From positions 1 through 64,000 of the forward strand of contig JAWSUI010000009.1 of the NCBI GenBank assembly GCA_033551855.1: DNA of 64,000 nucleotides, read 5' to 3'. The translations under genes were made by a program, and so were the position numbers. The first letter of the stretch is position 1. Every line of letters starts with the position of its first letter. The stretch is from Deferrisomatales bacterium. Its GTDB lineage: Bacteria; Desulfobacterota; Deferrisomatia; Deferrisomatales; JACRMM01. Positions 27,572 to 37,211 of the stretch are shown piece after piece. Under the pieces are notes generated by a model. It was not told the origin of the DNA. It did not search any database and saw nothing but the letters and a program-made list of their open reading frames with translations.

Positions 27572-28862
27572 AAGACGAGGCACGGCACTGACCCTCCTGG
27601 CCGGGCTGGCCGTGGCGGCGTGCGGCCAGGAGGCCGCCCCGCCGCCAGGGGCAACGCCCGCCGGGCACCGGGCGGTCCCCGTCACCGTGGCGGAGGCCGT
27701 GGCCCGTCGCGTCGAGGTACGCCTCGAGCAGGTGGGTACCCTGGAGGCCAGCCGCTCCGTCACCCTGCGGTCCGAGGCCAGTGGCACGATCGTCGAGGTA
27801 CCCTTCGCCGAGGGACAGCCGGTCCGGGAGGGGGCGGTGCTGGTGCGCCTGGACGACCGCAAGCTCCAGGCCGAGACCGCCATGCTCGAGGCCAGCCTCC
27901 GGCAGCTCGAGGTGCGGCTAGCCAACCGCCGGCGGGACCTGGAGCGAAACCCCGCCCTGGTGGAGGCCGAGATCCAGAAGCTCGACGAGCAGGTGCGCCA
28001 GCTTCGGGTCCGCCTGGCCAACCGGGAGCGCGACCTGGAGCGCAACCGGCCCCTGGTGGAGCGGGACCTCATCGCCCGCCAGGCGTTCGACCGCATCCAG
28101 ACCGAGGTGGACGAGCTCAGATCCGACATCGCCCGCACCGAGCTGGAGCTCGCCCGGCAGCGGGATCTGGTGGCGAAGCAGAGCGCCGACAGCATTCGCA
28201 CCGACATCGGAGAGATCGAGGCCCAGATCGCCCGGACCGAGGCGAGCCTGGTCCAGCAGCGGGTGCGCCTGGCCGACGCCACCATCCGGGCCCCTTTCTC
28301 CGGCGTGGCCGACGTGCGCAACGTGAACGTGGGAGACTTCCTCGCGGTGGGTGGCCCCGTGGTCACGGTGGTGGACTTGGACCCCCTGGAGATCACGTTC
28401 CGGGTTCCCGAGAGGCACCGGCCCAGGATCTCGACCGGCCTGCCCGTGGCGCTGCGGGTCGATGCGGCCCCGGGAGAGGTCTTCACCGGAACGGTCTCCT
28501 TCCTTTCGCCCCAGGTGGACCCGGAGACCCGCTCCTCCCTGGTGAAGGCGGCGGTGCGCAACCCCGAACACCGCCTCAGCCCCGGTATGTTCGCCCGGGT
28601 AGAGGTCCTGCTGGAGGTCCGCGAAGACGCCCTGACCGTGCCCTGGGAGAGCGTCATCCAGACCGAGTCGGCGACCTACCTCTACGCGGTGGAGGGAGAC
28701 GCGGCCCGGCACGTACCCATCGAGCTCGGAGAGACCACCAGCGAGTGGGCCGAGGTGCGGGGCACGGACCTGCAGCCGGGGTCCCTCGTCGTGCTGGAGG
28801 GGAAGTTCTCCCTCCGCGACGGCGCCCAGGTGGCCCTCCCAGGGCCGCCCCGGGAGCCGTAG
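27558..28862 (+). CDS. RND periplasmic adaptor (MFP) lipoprotein with duplicated, elongated alpha-hairpin
   Basis: Lipobox VAAC; GTLEA..V.LRSEASG, IRAPFSG, LSPGMFARV; internal repeats at 27870-28259. Confidence 0.93.
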   Translation: MNIRRRRGTALTLLAGLAVAACGQEAAPPPGATPAGHRAVPVTVAEAVARRVEVRLEQVGTLEASRSVTLRSEASGTIVEVPFAEGQPVREGAVLVRLDDRKLQAETAMLEASLRQLEVRLANRRRDLERNPALVEAEIQKLDEQVRQLRVRLANRERDLERNRPLVERDLIARQAFDRIQTEVDELRSDIARTELELARQRDLVAKQSADSIRTDIGEIEAQIARTEASLVQQRVRLADATIRAPFSGVADVRNVNVGDFLAVGGPVVTVVDLDPLEITFRVPERHRPRISTGLPVALRVDAAPGEVFTGTVSFLSPQVDPETRSSLVKAAVRNPEHRLSPGMFARVEVLLEVREDALTVPWESVIQTESATYLYAVEGDAARHVPIELGETTSEWAEVRGTDLQPGSLVVLEGKFSLRDGAQVALPGPPREP

Positions 28863-28907
28863 GCGCACCGACCCCCCAGCCCCTGACCCCCCGGACCCGG
28901 AGCCCCC

Positions 28908-31900
28908 ATGTTCCTTCCCCACTTCTCCATTCGCCGCCCCGTAACCGCCACGGTCATGGTGGGAGCCCTGGTCGTGTTCGGCGCCATCGGGTTTTCACGC
29001 CTGGGCATCTCTCTTTACCCCGACGTGGACTTTCCCATGGTCACCGTGACGACCACCTGGGAGAACGCCCGGCCCGAGGAGGTGGACGGCGAGGTCACCG
29101 ACCAGCTCGAGGACGCCATCAGCGCTGTGAGCGGCATCAAGCACATCGTCTCCCAGAGCTTCCTGGGCCGTTCCCAGATCACCGTGGAGTTCGAGCTCTC
29201 GAAGGACATCGACGTCGCGGCACAGGAGGTGCGCGACAAGGTGTCGGCCCGTTTGGGCCGCATTCCCCGCGAGGCCGACGCCCCGGTCATCGACAAGCTC
29301 GACATCAACGCCCAGCCCATCATGTGGCTGGCCCTCACGGGCCAGCAGGCCATCGAGGAGCTGACCCGGTTCGCCGGCGACCAGGTGCGCCCCATGCTCC
29401 AGAGGATCGACGGCGTCGGCGAGGTGCGCCTCGGGGGCGCCCGGGAGAAGGAGGTGCGCCTGTGGCTCTACCGGGAGCGCCTGGCAGCGTACAACGTGGG
29501 GGTGGAGGAGGTCATCGCGGCCCTTCGTGCCCAGCACGTGGAGGTGCCCGGCGGCACCATCGACTCCCCGGAGAAGGAGTTCGTGATCCGCACCGTGGGC
29601 CAGTTCGAGGGGCCCGAGGAGTTCAACGAGCTGATCGTAACCTACCGGCAGGGCACCCCCGTGCGCCTGCGTCACCTGGGCTACGCCGAGGCCGGTCGGC
29701 AGGAGAGCATGAGCCCCGCTCGCTTCACCACCCGGGAGGGCCCGGACAAGACCGTGGCCCTGGGCGTCTCGCCCCGCTCCGGCGCCAACCAGGTCGCGAT
29801 CGCTCGGGAGGTCAAGCGGGTGCTGCCCCAGATCGAGGCCATGCTCCTCGAGGGCATGGCGGTGCGCATCGCCTCGGACAACACCCGGTTCATCGAGGAG
29901 TCCATCGCCGAGATCCGGTTCCAGCTCCTGCTGGGAGGCCTCGCCGCGGCGCTGACCATCCTGTTCTTCCTCCAGAACCTGCGCACCACGCTCATCAGCG
30001 CCGTGGCGATCCCCACCTCGATCGTGGCCACTTTCGCCACCATGTACTGGATGGGATTCACCCTCAACAACATGAGCATGCTGGCGCTCGTGACCGCGGT
30101 GGGCCTGGTCATCGATGACGCCATCGTCATGGTGGAGAACATCTTCCGCCACCGGGACACCCTCGGGAAAGGCCCCATGCGCGCGGCCTACGACGGGTCG
30201 GCCGAGGTCTTCTTCGCCATCATCGCGACCACCGGGGCACTGGCCGGGGTGTTCCTGCCCGTGGCCTTCATGGGGGGCATCGTGGGACGCTTCTTCTTCG
30301 AGTTTGCCGTCACCATGGCCTTCGCCGTGCTCTGCTCCACGTTCGTGGCCATGACCGCCGTGCCCATGCTCTCCTCGCGGTTCCTGCGGCTCGACAGCGG
30401 GAAGGGGCGCGTCTTCCACGTCTTCGACCGCGCCGTGGACGCCCTCTCCCGCAGGTACCGGGTTCTCCTGGGATGGGCCCTGCGCCACCGCCTGTCCGTG
30501 GTGGCGGTGGCGCTGGCGGCCCTCGTGGCCGGGGGCGTCGTCTTCCAGCGCCTGGGCAAAGAGTTCATCACGGCCGAGGACCAGAGCCGGTTCATGGTGC
30601 GCATGAAGACCCCCCTCTCGTACTCCCTCGAGAAGACCGATCTCGTGCTCCAGCGCGTGGAAGACGAGCTACGGGCTATCCCCGAGGTGAACCACTTCTT
30701 CAGCGTGAGCGGCTGGGGGGGGGCCCAGAACGCCCTCACCGTGGTCACCCTCGTTCCCAAGGACCAGCGCCGACGGACCCAGAAACAGATCCAGGCCGAG
30801 ATCAACGCCATGCTTCGCCAGGTGCCCGACACCCGGGGCATCGCGGTGGACATCTCCCCCCTGGGAGGTGGCGCACGCAACGAGGACATCCAACTCGTCG
30901 TCCAGGGGCCCGACCTGGAAGCCCTGGACCGGTACTCCCAGGCCATCATGGACCGCCTGGGGCAGACGCCCGGTTACGTGGGGATCTCGCGGGACCTGGA
31001 CATCGGCAAGCCGGAGGTGCGGCTCCGCATCGACCGGGAAAGGGCGGCCGACGCGGGGGTGAGCGTGCGAGACGTCGCGGCGGCGGTAGGGGCCCTGATG
31101 GGAGGCGTCAAGGTGGGGGACTACAAGGAGGGCGGAAAGAGCTATGACGTGCGCCTGCGCCTCGTGAAGGAGCACCGGGAGCTCCCCGAGGACGTGGGGC
31201 GCCTGTGGCTGCGGGGCAGCGAGGGCAGGCTCGTGGACGCCAGCGGATTCGTCTCGACCGAGGTCGGCGTGGGGCCGAGCGTCATCAATCGGACCGACCG
31301 CCAGCGTGCCGCCACGGTCTACGCCAACATCCAGAACAAGGTGCTGGGGGCCGCCCTGCCCGAGGTCCAGGAGATCGCCGACCAGATCCTCCCCGAGGAG
31401 TACACGACCCGTTTTGCCGGCCGGGCCGAGGCCTTCAAAGAAACCGGGGGGTATGTGGCCTTCGCGTTCCTTCTGGCCATCGCGATCACCTACATGGTCC
31501 TGGCGGCCCAATTCGAGAGCTTCGTCCAGCCCTTGTCCATCATGACCGGGCTGCCCCTGGCCTTCGTGGGCGCCTTCGGCCTCCTCTACCTCCTGGGCAA
31601 CACGTTCAATCTCTTCTCGATGATCGCCCTCATCCTCCTGGTGGGCCTCGTGACCAAGAACGGCATCCTGCTCATCGAATTCACGAACCAGCTTCGGGCA
31701 CGGGGGCTTCCGGTGTACGAGGCCCTGGTGGAAGCGGGCGCGACGCGGCTGCGCCCCATCCTCATGACCGCGGTGTCCACCGTGGCGGGGGTGGCCCCCG
31801 TGGCCCTGGGCCTGGGGGTGGGGAGCGAGAGCCGCCAGCCCCTGGCCGTGGCCATCGCGGGGGGCATCCTCTCCTCGACCTTCCTGACCCTGGCGGTGGT

Positions 31901-32048
31901 TCCCGTGGCGTACAGCTACCTGGATCAGCTCTCCCAATGGCGCCTGGTGGCACGGGTCAAGGACCGCCTGCTCGCCCGGGACCACCCGGTGGGCGCCGAC
32001 GAGGATCCCTCCAGCCTCACCCCCTTGAACCGAGAGGCCTCCCCATGA
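28908..32048 (+). CDS. RND efflux permease (AcrB/MdtBC-like), paralog 1
   Basis: SIRRPV, GLVIDDAIVMVENI, KNGILL, RLRPILMT. Confidence 0.96.
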   Translation: MFLPHFSIRRPVTATVMVGALVVFGAIGFSRLGISLYPDVDFPMVTVTTTWENARPEEVDGEVTDQLEDAISAVSGIKHIVSQSFLGRSQITVEFELSKDIDVAAQEVRDKVSARLGRIPREADAPVIDKLDINAQPIMWLALTGQQAIEELTRFAGDQVRPMLQRIDGVGEVRLGGAREKEVRLWLYRERLAAYNVGVEEVIAALRAQHVEVPGGTIDSPEKEFVIRTVGQFEGPEEFNELIVTYRQGTPVRLRHLGYAEAGRQESMSPARFTTREGPDKTVALGVSPRSGANQVAIAREVKRVLPQIEAMLLEGMAVRIASDNTRFIEESIAEIRFQLLLGGLAAALTILFFLQNLRTTLISAVAIPTSIVATFATMYWMGFTLNNMSMLALVTAVGLVIDDAIVMVENIFRHRDTLGKGPMRAAYDGSAEVFFAIIATTGALAGVFLPVAFMGGIVGRFFFEFAVTMAFAVLCSTFVAMTAVPMLSSRFLRLDSGKGRVFHVFDRAVDALSRRYRVLLGWALRHRLSVVAVALAALVAGGVVFQRLGKEFITAEDQSRFMVRMKTPLSYSLEKTDLVLQRVEDELRAIPEVNHFFSVSGWGGAQNALTVVTLVPKDQRRRTQKQIQAEINAMLRQVPDTRGIAVDISPLGGGARNEDIQLVVQGPDLEALDRYSQAIMDRLGQTPGYVGISRDLDIGKPEVRLRIDRERAADAGVSVRDVAAAVGALMGGVKVGDYKEGGKSYDVRLRLVKEHRELPEDVGRLWLRGSEGRLVDASGFVSTEVGVGPSVINRTDRQRAATVYANIQNKVLGAALPEVQEIADQILPEEYTTRFAGRAEAFKETGGYVAFAFLLAIAITYMVLAAQFESFVQPLSIMTGLPLAFVGAFGLLYLLGNTFNLFSMIALILLVGLVTKNGILLIEFTNQLRARGLPVYEALVEAGATRLRPILMTAVSTVAGVAPVALGLGVGSESRQPLAVAIAGGILSSTFLTLAVVPVAYSYLDQLSQWRLVARVKDRLLARDHPVGADEDPSSLTPLNREASP

Positions 32049-32341
32049 AGATGCTCATCATCGTCTACAACACGAGCTGCGAAGAGGACATCCGCGAGGT
32101 GCTGCGAAACCGGGGAATCCGCCACTACAGCCAGATTCCAAAGGTCTTCGGGCAGGGGGACGCGGGGCTTGTGGACGGCTCCCTCCTGTGCCCCGGCCAG
32201 AACGCCATGGTCTTCCTCGTGCTCTCGGACGACGAGGCCCGGGCGGCGGCCGAGGCCGTGCGCCAGCTCGTGCTCAGCACGGGGGGCTGCGGGTGCGTGC
32301 CCATCCGGGCCTTCCTGGTGCCGTGCGAGCAGGTGGTCTAG
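32045..32341 (+). CDS. Small P-II-like transporter-associated protein (PG0541-like)
   Basis: MKMLIIVYN...V.GQG..G...G...PGQN...IRAFLVPCEQVV; ATGA overlap with RND paralog 1. Confidence 0.75.
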   Translation: MKMLIIVYNTSCEEDIREVLRNRGIRHYSQIPKVFGQGDAGLVDGSLLCPGQNAMVFLVLSDDEARAAAEAVRQLVLSTGGCGCVPIRAFLVPCEQVV

Positions 32342-32359
32342 CGGAGGTCCGGAGCCCCC

Positions 32360-35300
32360 GTGTTCCTTCCCCACTTCTCCATCCGCCGCCCGGTGGCGGC
32401 CACCGTGCTGGTGGGAGCCCTGGTGGTCTTCGGCATCCTCGGTGTCTCACGGCTGGGGGTGTCCCTCTACCCCGACGTGGACTTTCCCAACGTCACCGTC
32501 TCCACCCGCTGGGAGAACGCCCGCCCCGAGGAGATCGACAACCAGGTCACCGACCAGCTCGAAGACGCCATCAGCGCCATCAGCGGCATCAAGCACATCA
32601 CCTCCCAGAGCTCCCAGGGCCGCTCCCGGATCACCGTTGAGTTCGAGCTCACCAAGGACCTGGACGTGGCCGCCCAAGAGGTGCGCGACAAGGTCTCGGC
32701 CCGGCTGCGGCGGCTGCCCTCCGACGCTGAAGTGCCGGTCATCGACAAGCTCGACATCAACGCCCAACCCATCCTCCGCCTCGCCCTGACGGGCCAGCAC
32801 GCCATCGAGGACCTGACCCGGTTCGCCCAGGACGAGGTGCGCCCCCTGCTGCAACGCATCGAGGGGGTGGGGGAGGTGAGCCTGGGCGGCGCCCGCCAAA
32901 AGGAAGTGCACCTGTGGCTCTACCGGGAGCGTCTCACCGCATACAACGTGGGGGTAGACGAAGTGATGGCGGCGGTCCGGGGCCAGCACGCGGAGGTGCC
33001 CGGCGGCCGGATCGAGTCGTTGGACAAGGAGTTCCTCATCCGCACGGTGGGGGAGTTCGCGACCCCCGAGGAGTTCAACGAGCTCATCGTGGCCTGGAGG
33101 GACGGCACCCCCGTGCGCCTCCGCCACGTGGGCTACGCCGAGGCGGGCCGGCAGGAGAGCCTCTCGGTGGCCCGCTTCACCACCAAGGAAGCGGTGAGCC
33201 GCACCGTATCCGTCAACGTGGCCCCCCGCTCCGGTGCCAACCAGGTGGCCATCGCCCGGGCGGTCAAGGACATGCTCCCGGAGATCCGGGCCATGCTGCT
33301 GGAGGGCATGACGCTGCACATCGCCACCGACACCACCGAGTTCATCGAGCAATCCATCGACGAGCTCCGGTTCCAACTCTTCCTGGGGGGCCTGGCAGCG
33401 GCGCTCACGATCCTGATCTTCCTCCAGAACGCCCGCACCACCCTGATTAGCGCGCTCTCCATCCCCACCTCGGTCATCGCCGCCTTTGCCGCCATGTACG
33501 GGATGGGGTTCACCCTCAACAACATGACCATGCTCGCCCTCATCACCGCCGTGGGGCTCGTGATCGACGACTCCATCGTGACGGTGGAGAACATCTACCG
33601 CCACCGGGACGCCCTGGACAAGGGACCCCGGCGAGCCGCGTTCGACGGCTCCGGGGAGGTGTACTTCGCGATCCTCGCCACCACCGCGGCGCTGGCGGGG
33701 GTGTTCCTCCCGGTCGCCTTCATGGGGGGGCTCGTGGGGCGCTTCTTCTTCGAGTTCGCGGTGACCATGGCCTTTGCCGTGGTCTGCTCCACCTTCGTGG
33801 CCATGACCGTCGTGCCCATGCTCGCCTCCCGGGTGCTCACGGTGAACCGGGACAAGGGGCGGGTGTTCCGGGCCTTCGACCAGGCCGTGGCCGGCCTCTC
33901 GGCCCTGTACCGGCGCCTCCTCGGCTGGGCACTGCGCCACCGCCTCGCCGTGGTGGGGCTCGCCGCCCTGGCCCTCGCCGCGGGGGGCTTTCTCTTCCAG
34001 AACCTGGGCAAGGAGTTCATCACTGCGGAGGACCAGAGCCGATTCACCGTGCGCATCCGCACCCCACTCGCCTACTCCCTGGACAAGACCGACGAGCTCC
34101 TGCGCCGGGTGGAGGGGCACCTGCGGGCCATCCCCGAAGTGAGCCACTTCTTCAGCATCAGCGGTATCGGGGGCTCGGCCCAGAACGCCATCGCCATCGT
34201 CACGCTGGTGCCCAAGGACCAGCGGTCCCGGTCCCAGCGGGAGGTCCAGCGAGAGATCAACGGGTTCCTCCGGACCATCCCGGATCTCCGGGGGGTCGCG
34301 GCCGACATCTCCCCCATGGGGGGCGGCGCCCGGAACGAGGACATCCAGCTCGTCATCCGGGGGCCGCGGCTGGAGGCCCTCGACCGTTACTCCCAGGAGA
34401 TCATGGAGCGCCTGGAGCGCACGCCCGGTTTCGTCGGCCTCACCCGGGACCTGGACGTGGGCAAGCCCGAGGTGCGGGTGCGCATCGACCGGGAGAAGGC
34501 GGCCGACGCCGGGGTGAGCGTGCGCGACGTGGCCTCCGCGGTGGGGGCCTTGATGGGGGGCGTCCAGGTGGGCGAGTACAAAGAGGGGGGCCGCACCTAC
34601 GAGGTGCGCCTTCGCTTGGTACCCGAGCACCGGGAGCTGCCGGGAGACGTGGAGCGAATCTGGTTGCGCTCCCGAGACGGGCGCCTGGTGGACGCCAGCG
34701 GTTTCGTCTCGGTGGACGTGGGGGTGGGTCCGAGCGTGATCAACCGCCTGGACCGCCAGCGCTCGGCCACGGTGTACGCCAACCTGGAGGGGCTCGTCCT
34801 GGGAGACGCCCTGCCCCGGGTGCGGGCCTTGGCGGAGGAGGTGCTCTCCGACGGCTACACCGTCAAGTTCGCCGGACGCGCCGAGACCTTTGGGGAGACG
34901 GGTCAGTACGTTGCGTTCGCCTTCCTCCTCGCCATCGTCCTCACCTACATGGTGCTGGCCTTCCAGTTCGAGAGCTTCCTCCAACCCTTGGCGATCATGA
35001 CCGGCCTGCCGCTCACCTTCGTGGGCGCCTTCGGCCTGCTCTACCTCATGGGGAACACCCTCAACCTCTTCTCCATGATCGCACTCATCCTGCTCGTGGG
35101 GTTGGCCACCAAGAACGGCATCCTGCTCATCGACTTCACCAACCAGCTCCGGGCCAAGGGCCTGTCGGTCCACGAGGCCCTGGTGGAGGCCGGCGCAACG
35201 CGGCTCCGCCCCATCCTCATGACCGCGATCTCCACGGTCGCCGGTGTCGTTCCCGTGGCCGTCGGCATAGGGGTGGGGAGCGAGAGCCGCCAACCCCTGG

Positions 35301-35455
35301 CAGTGGCCATCGCCGGGGGGATCCTGTCGTCGACCTTCCTGACCCTCGCGGTGGTACCCGTGGCGTACAGCTACCTGGAGCAGCTCGGGGGCTGGAGAGT
35401 GGTGGGCTGGGCAAAGGGGAAGATCTTCGCGCGGGACGCGACGGGGGAAGAGTGA
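32360..35455 (+). CDS. RND efflux permease, paralog 2
   Basis: Colinear with paralog 1 and highly similar; GLVIDDSIV, KNGILL, RLRPILMT. Confidence 0.96.
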   Translation: MFLPHFSIRRPVAATVLVGALVVFGILGVSRLGVSLYPDVDFPNVTVSTRWENARPEEIDNQVTDQLEDAISAISGIKHITSQSSQGRSRITVEFELTKDLDVAAQEVRDKVSARLRRLPSDAEVPVIDKLDINAQPILRLALTGQHAIEDLTRFAQDEVRPLLQRIEGVGEVSLGGARQKEVHLWLYRERLTAYNVGVDEVMAAVRGQHAEVPGGRIESLDKEFLIRTVGEFATPEEFNELIVAWRDGTPVRLRHVGYAEAGRQESLSVARFTTKEAVSRTVSVNVAPRSGANQVAIARAVKDMLPEIRAMLLEGMTLHIATDTTEFIEQSIDELRFQLFLGGLAAALTILIFLQNARTTLISALSIPTSVIAAFAAMYGMGFTLNNMTMLALITAVGLVIDDSIVTVENIYRHRDALDKGPRRAAFDGSGEVYFAILATTAALAGVFLPVAFMGGLVGRFFFEFAVTMAFAVVCSTFVAMTVVPMLASRVLTVNRDKGRVFRAFDQAVAGLSALYRRLLGWALRHRLAVVGLAALALAAGGFLFQNLGKEFITAEDQSRFTVRIRTPLAYSLDKTDELLRRVEGHLRAIPEVSHFFSISGIGGSAQNAIAIVTLVPKDQRSRSQREVQREINGFLRTIPDLRGVAADISPMGGGARNEDIQLVIRGPRLEALDRYSQEIMERLERTPGFVGLTRDLDVGKPEVRVRIDREKAADAGVSVRDVASAVGALMGGVQVGEYKEGGRTYEVRLRLVPEHRELPGDVERIWLRSRDGRLVDASGFVSVDVGVGPSVINRLDRQRSATVYANLEGLVLGDALPRVRALAEEVLSDGYTVKFAGRAETFGETGQYVAFAFLLAIVLTYMVLAFQFESFLQPLAIMTGLPLTFVGAFGLLYLMGNTLNLFSMIALILLVGLATKNGILLIDFTNQLRAKGLSVHEALVEAGATRLRPILMTAISTVAGVVPVAVGIGVGSESRQPLAVAIAGGILSSTFLTLAVVPVAYSYLEQLGGWRVVGWAKGKIFARDATGEE

Positions 35456-35488
35456 GGAGGTGAAGGATCTGAGGCGGCTTGGATCGTA

Positions 35489-35580
35489 ATAGGACCCATG
35501 GGACGAATAGGACCTGTGAAAACCGGGGGCCCTTACCACCCATGGGTCCCATAAGTCCCATTCGTCCTGTAGGTCCTATA
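35489..35580. repeat. Inverted pair of 9-bp tandem repeat arrays (ATRGGACNN) between convergent genes
   Basis: Plus strand ataggaccc/atgggacga/ataggacct; minus strand ataggacct/acaggacga/atgggactt/atgggaccc. Confidence 0.8.
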
Positions 35581-36406
35581 CCTTCCACTCCCCCCCTACC
35601 ACCTCGATCCGAGCCATCTCCGCCAGCCGGGGGCCGTCGATGGCGGCCAGGCTGTCGAGGAGGTTCACTTGGAAGGTGCCCGGTCCCGCAGCTCCCCTCG
35701 CCGCGAGCTCCCCGGCGGACCCGAGGTAGGCCAGGGCTCCCGCTGCTGCTTCCCAGGGATCGCCGGGCACCGCCAGGAAGGCGCCGATCAGGGCGGTTGC
35801 GGTACACCCCGTGCCCGTGACCCGGGCCAACAGGGGGTGGCCGTTGTGAACCCGGCAGGCGCGGTGCCCGTCGGTGACGAAGTCCACCGCCCCCGTGACG
35901 GCCACGGCCGCACCGAGCTCCCGGGCAAGGCGGACCGCGTCCTCCGCCGCCTTCTCGACGCCGTGGACCGCTTCCACCCCCTTGCCCCCGGCCCCGGGCC
36001 GTACCAGAGACAGGACCTCGGAAGCGTTCCCTCGGAGAACGGAGATCTTCACCTCACGGGTCAGCCGCCGGGCGGCCTCGGTCCGCAGGCGCGTCACCCC
36101 CGAACCCACCGGATCCAACACTACCGGAATCCCTCGATGGTTGGCGGCCCTGCCCGCCTGGGCCATGGCATCGACCCACGGGGGCGAAAGGGTGCCGATG
36201 TTGAGCACCAGCGCCCCGGCCGCGGCCACCATCTCCTCCACCTCCTCCCGGGCGTGCGCCATCACGGGCGCCGCGCCGCAGGCGAGGAGGGCATTGGCCG
36301 TCACGTTCATGACCACGTAATTCGTGATGTTGTGAACCAGGGGGCGCTGCCCCCGCACTCGCTCGAGGCGCTCCGCGGCACCCCGCCCCACGTCCGGCTG
36401 CGTCAC
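35576..36406 (-). CDS. thiM: Hydroxyethylthiazole kinase
   Basis: PLVHNITNYV, APVMA, LVLNIGTL, VLDPVG, RGNASE, VTGTGC. Confidence 0.96.
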   Translation of the reverse strand: MTQPDVGRGAAERLERVRGQRPLVHNITNYVVMNVTANALLACGAAPVMAHAREEVEEMVAAAGALVLNIGTLSPPWVDAMAQAGRAANHRGIPVVLDPVGSGVTRLRTEAARRLTREVKISVLRGNASEVLSLVRPGAGGKGVEAVHGVEKAAEDAVRLARELGAAVAVTGAVDFVTDGHRACRVHNGHPLLARVTGTGCTATALIGAFLAVPGDPWEAAAGALAYLGSAGELAARGAAGPGTFQVNLLDSLAAIDGPRLAEMARIEVVGGEWKV

Positions 36407-37080
36407 GTCTCTTCCTCCTCGTCCGGATGGCGGGCGCCGGGCTCCTCCAGTGCCAGGAGCAGCCGCCGGGTCGCCTCGGCGGGGTCCTCCTCGCAACACA
36501 CGGCTGAAATCACCGCAAACCCTTGGGCTCCCGCCCGGAGGACCGCACGAGCCCGTACCGCGTCGATGCCGCCGATGGCGATCACCGGAGCCGGCAACGC
36601 CGCCGCCACCTCCCGCAGCAGCTCGAGACCCCTCACCGGGGCCGCGTCGGCCTTGGAGCCCGTCGGATAGACCGGGCCGAAGCCGACATAGTCCGCGCCC
36701 TCCTCGATGCAACGCCGCGCCTGCTCCACCGTAGACGCCGATCCGCCGATGATCGCCCGCGGCCCGAGCAGGCGGCGCGCGAAGGGGATGGGGGCATCGC
36801 TCTGACCCAGGTGGACGCCGTCCGCTTGCGACGCCAGCGCCACGTCCACCCGATCGTTGACGATGAAGGTAGCGCCGGCAGCCCGGCAAACCTGCCCCAT
36901 CTGCCGGGCCACGGCGATCAGGACACGGGTGGACCCGGTCTTCTGGCGAAACTGAACCACGTGGGCCCCCCCCTCCAAGGCCCGTACGGCCAACTCCACG
37001 TGGGAGAAGCGGGTTTGCAGCTCCACATCGGTGAGCACGTGGACACGCCCGACCCGTTCCGACCTCCTCCATCCGGCCAT
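36403..37080 (-). CDS. thiE: Thiamine-phosphate synthase
   Basis: VQFRQK, FIVNDRVDVA, DGVHLGQSD, GPVYPTGSK, AIGGID. Confidence 0.96.
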   Translation of the reverse strand: MAGWRRSERVGRVHVLTDVELQTRFSHVELAVRALEGGAHVVQFRQKTGSTRVLIAVARQMGQVCRAAGATFIVNDRVDVALASQADGVHLGQSDAPIPFARRLLGPRAIIGGSASTVEQARRCIEEGADYVGFGPVYPTGSKADAAPVRGLELLREVAAALPAPVIAIGGIDAVRARAVLRAGAQGFAVISAVCCEEDPAEATRRLLLALEEPGARHPDEEEET

Positions 37081-37211
37081 CGTCACTCTTCTCGGGGCTC
37101 CCTCGGCCCTGAACTCCCCCCCTCCGGGCCCCCGGAGGGGGACATCCCACCGGTCCTCCAGTATAGCAAGGGAAGCGGCGCACCAGAATCCACCGCCACA
37201 TCGTGGGCCGG

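Noticed and set aside
32447..35539. 1030-aa antisense ORF and many other long overlapping ORFs in the track
   Set aside because: Shadow ORFs expected from high GC3 codon bias opposite or overlapping well-supported genes; no recognisable motifs
35489..35580. CRISPR array
   Set aside because: Units are 9 bp, contiguous and without unique spacers; no cas genes in the window
37081..37211. TPP riboswitch upstream of thiE-thiM
   Set aside because: No CUGAGA or other TPP core motif on the minus strand; only a TATACT -10-like hexamer and a GC hairpin
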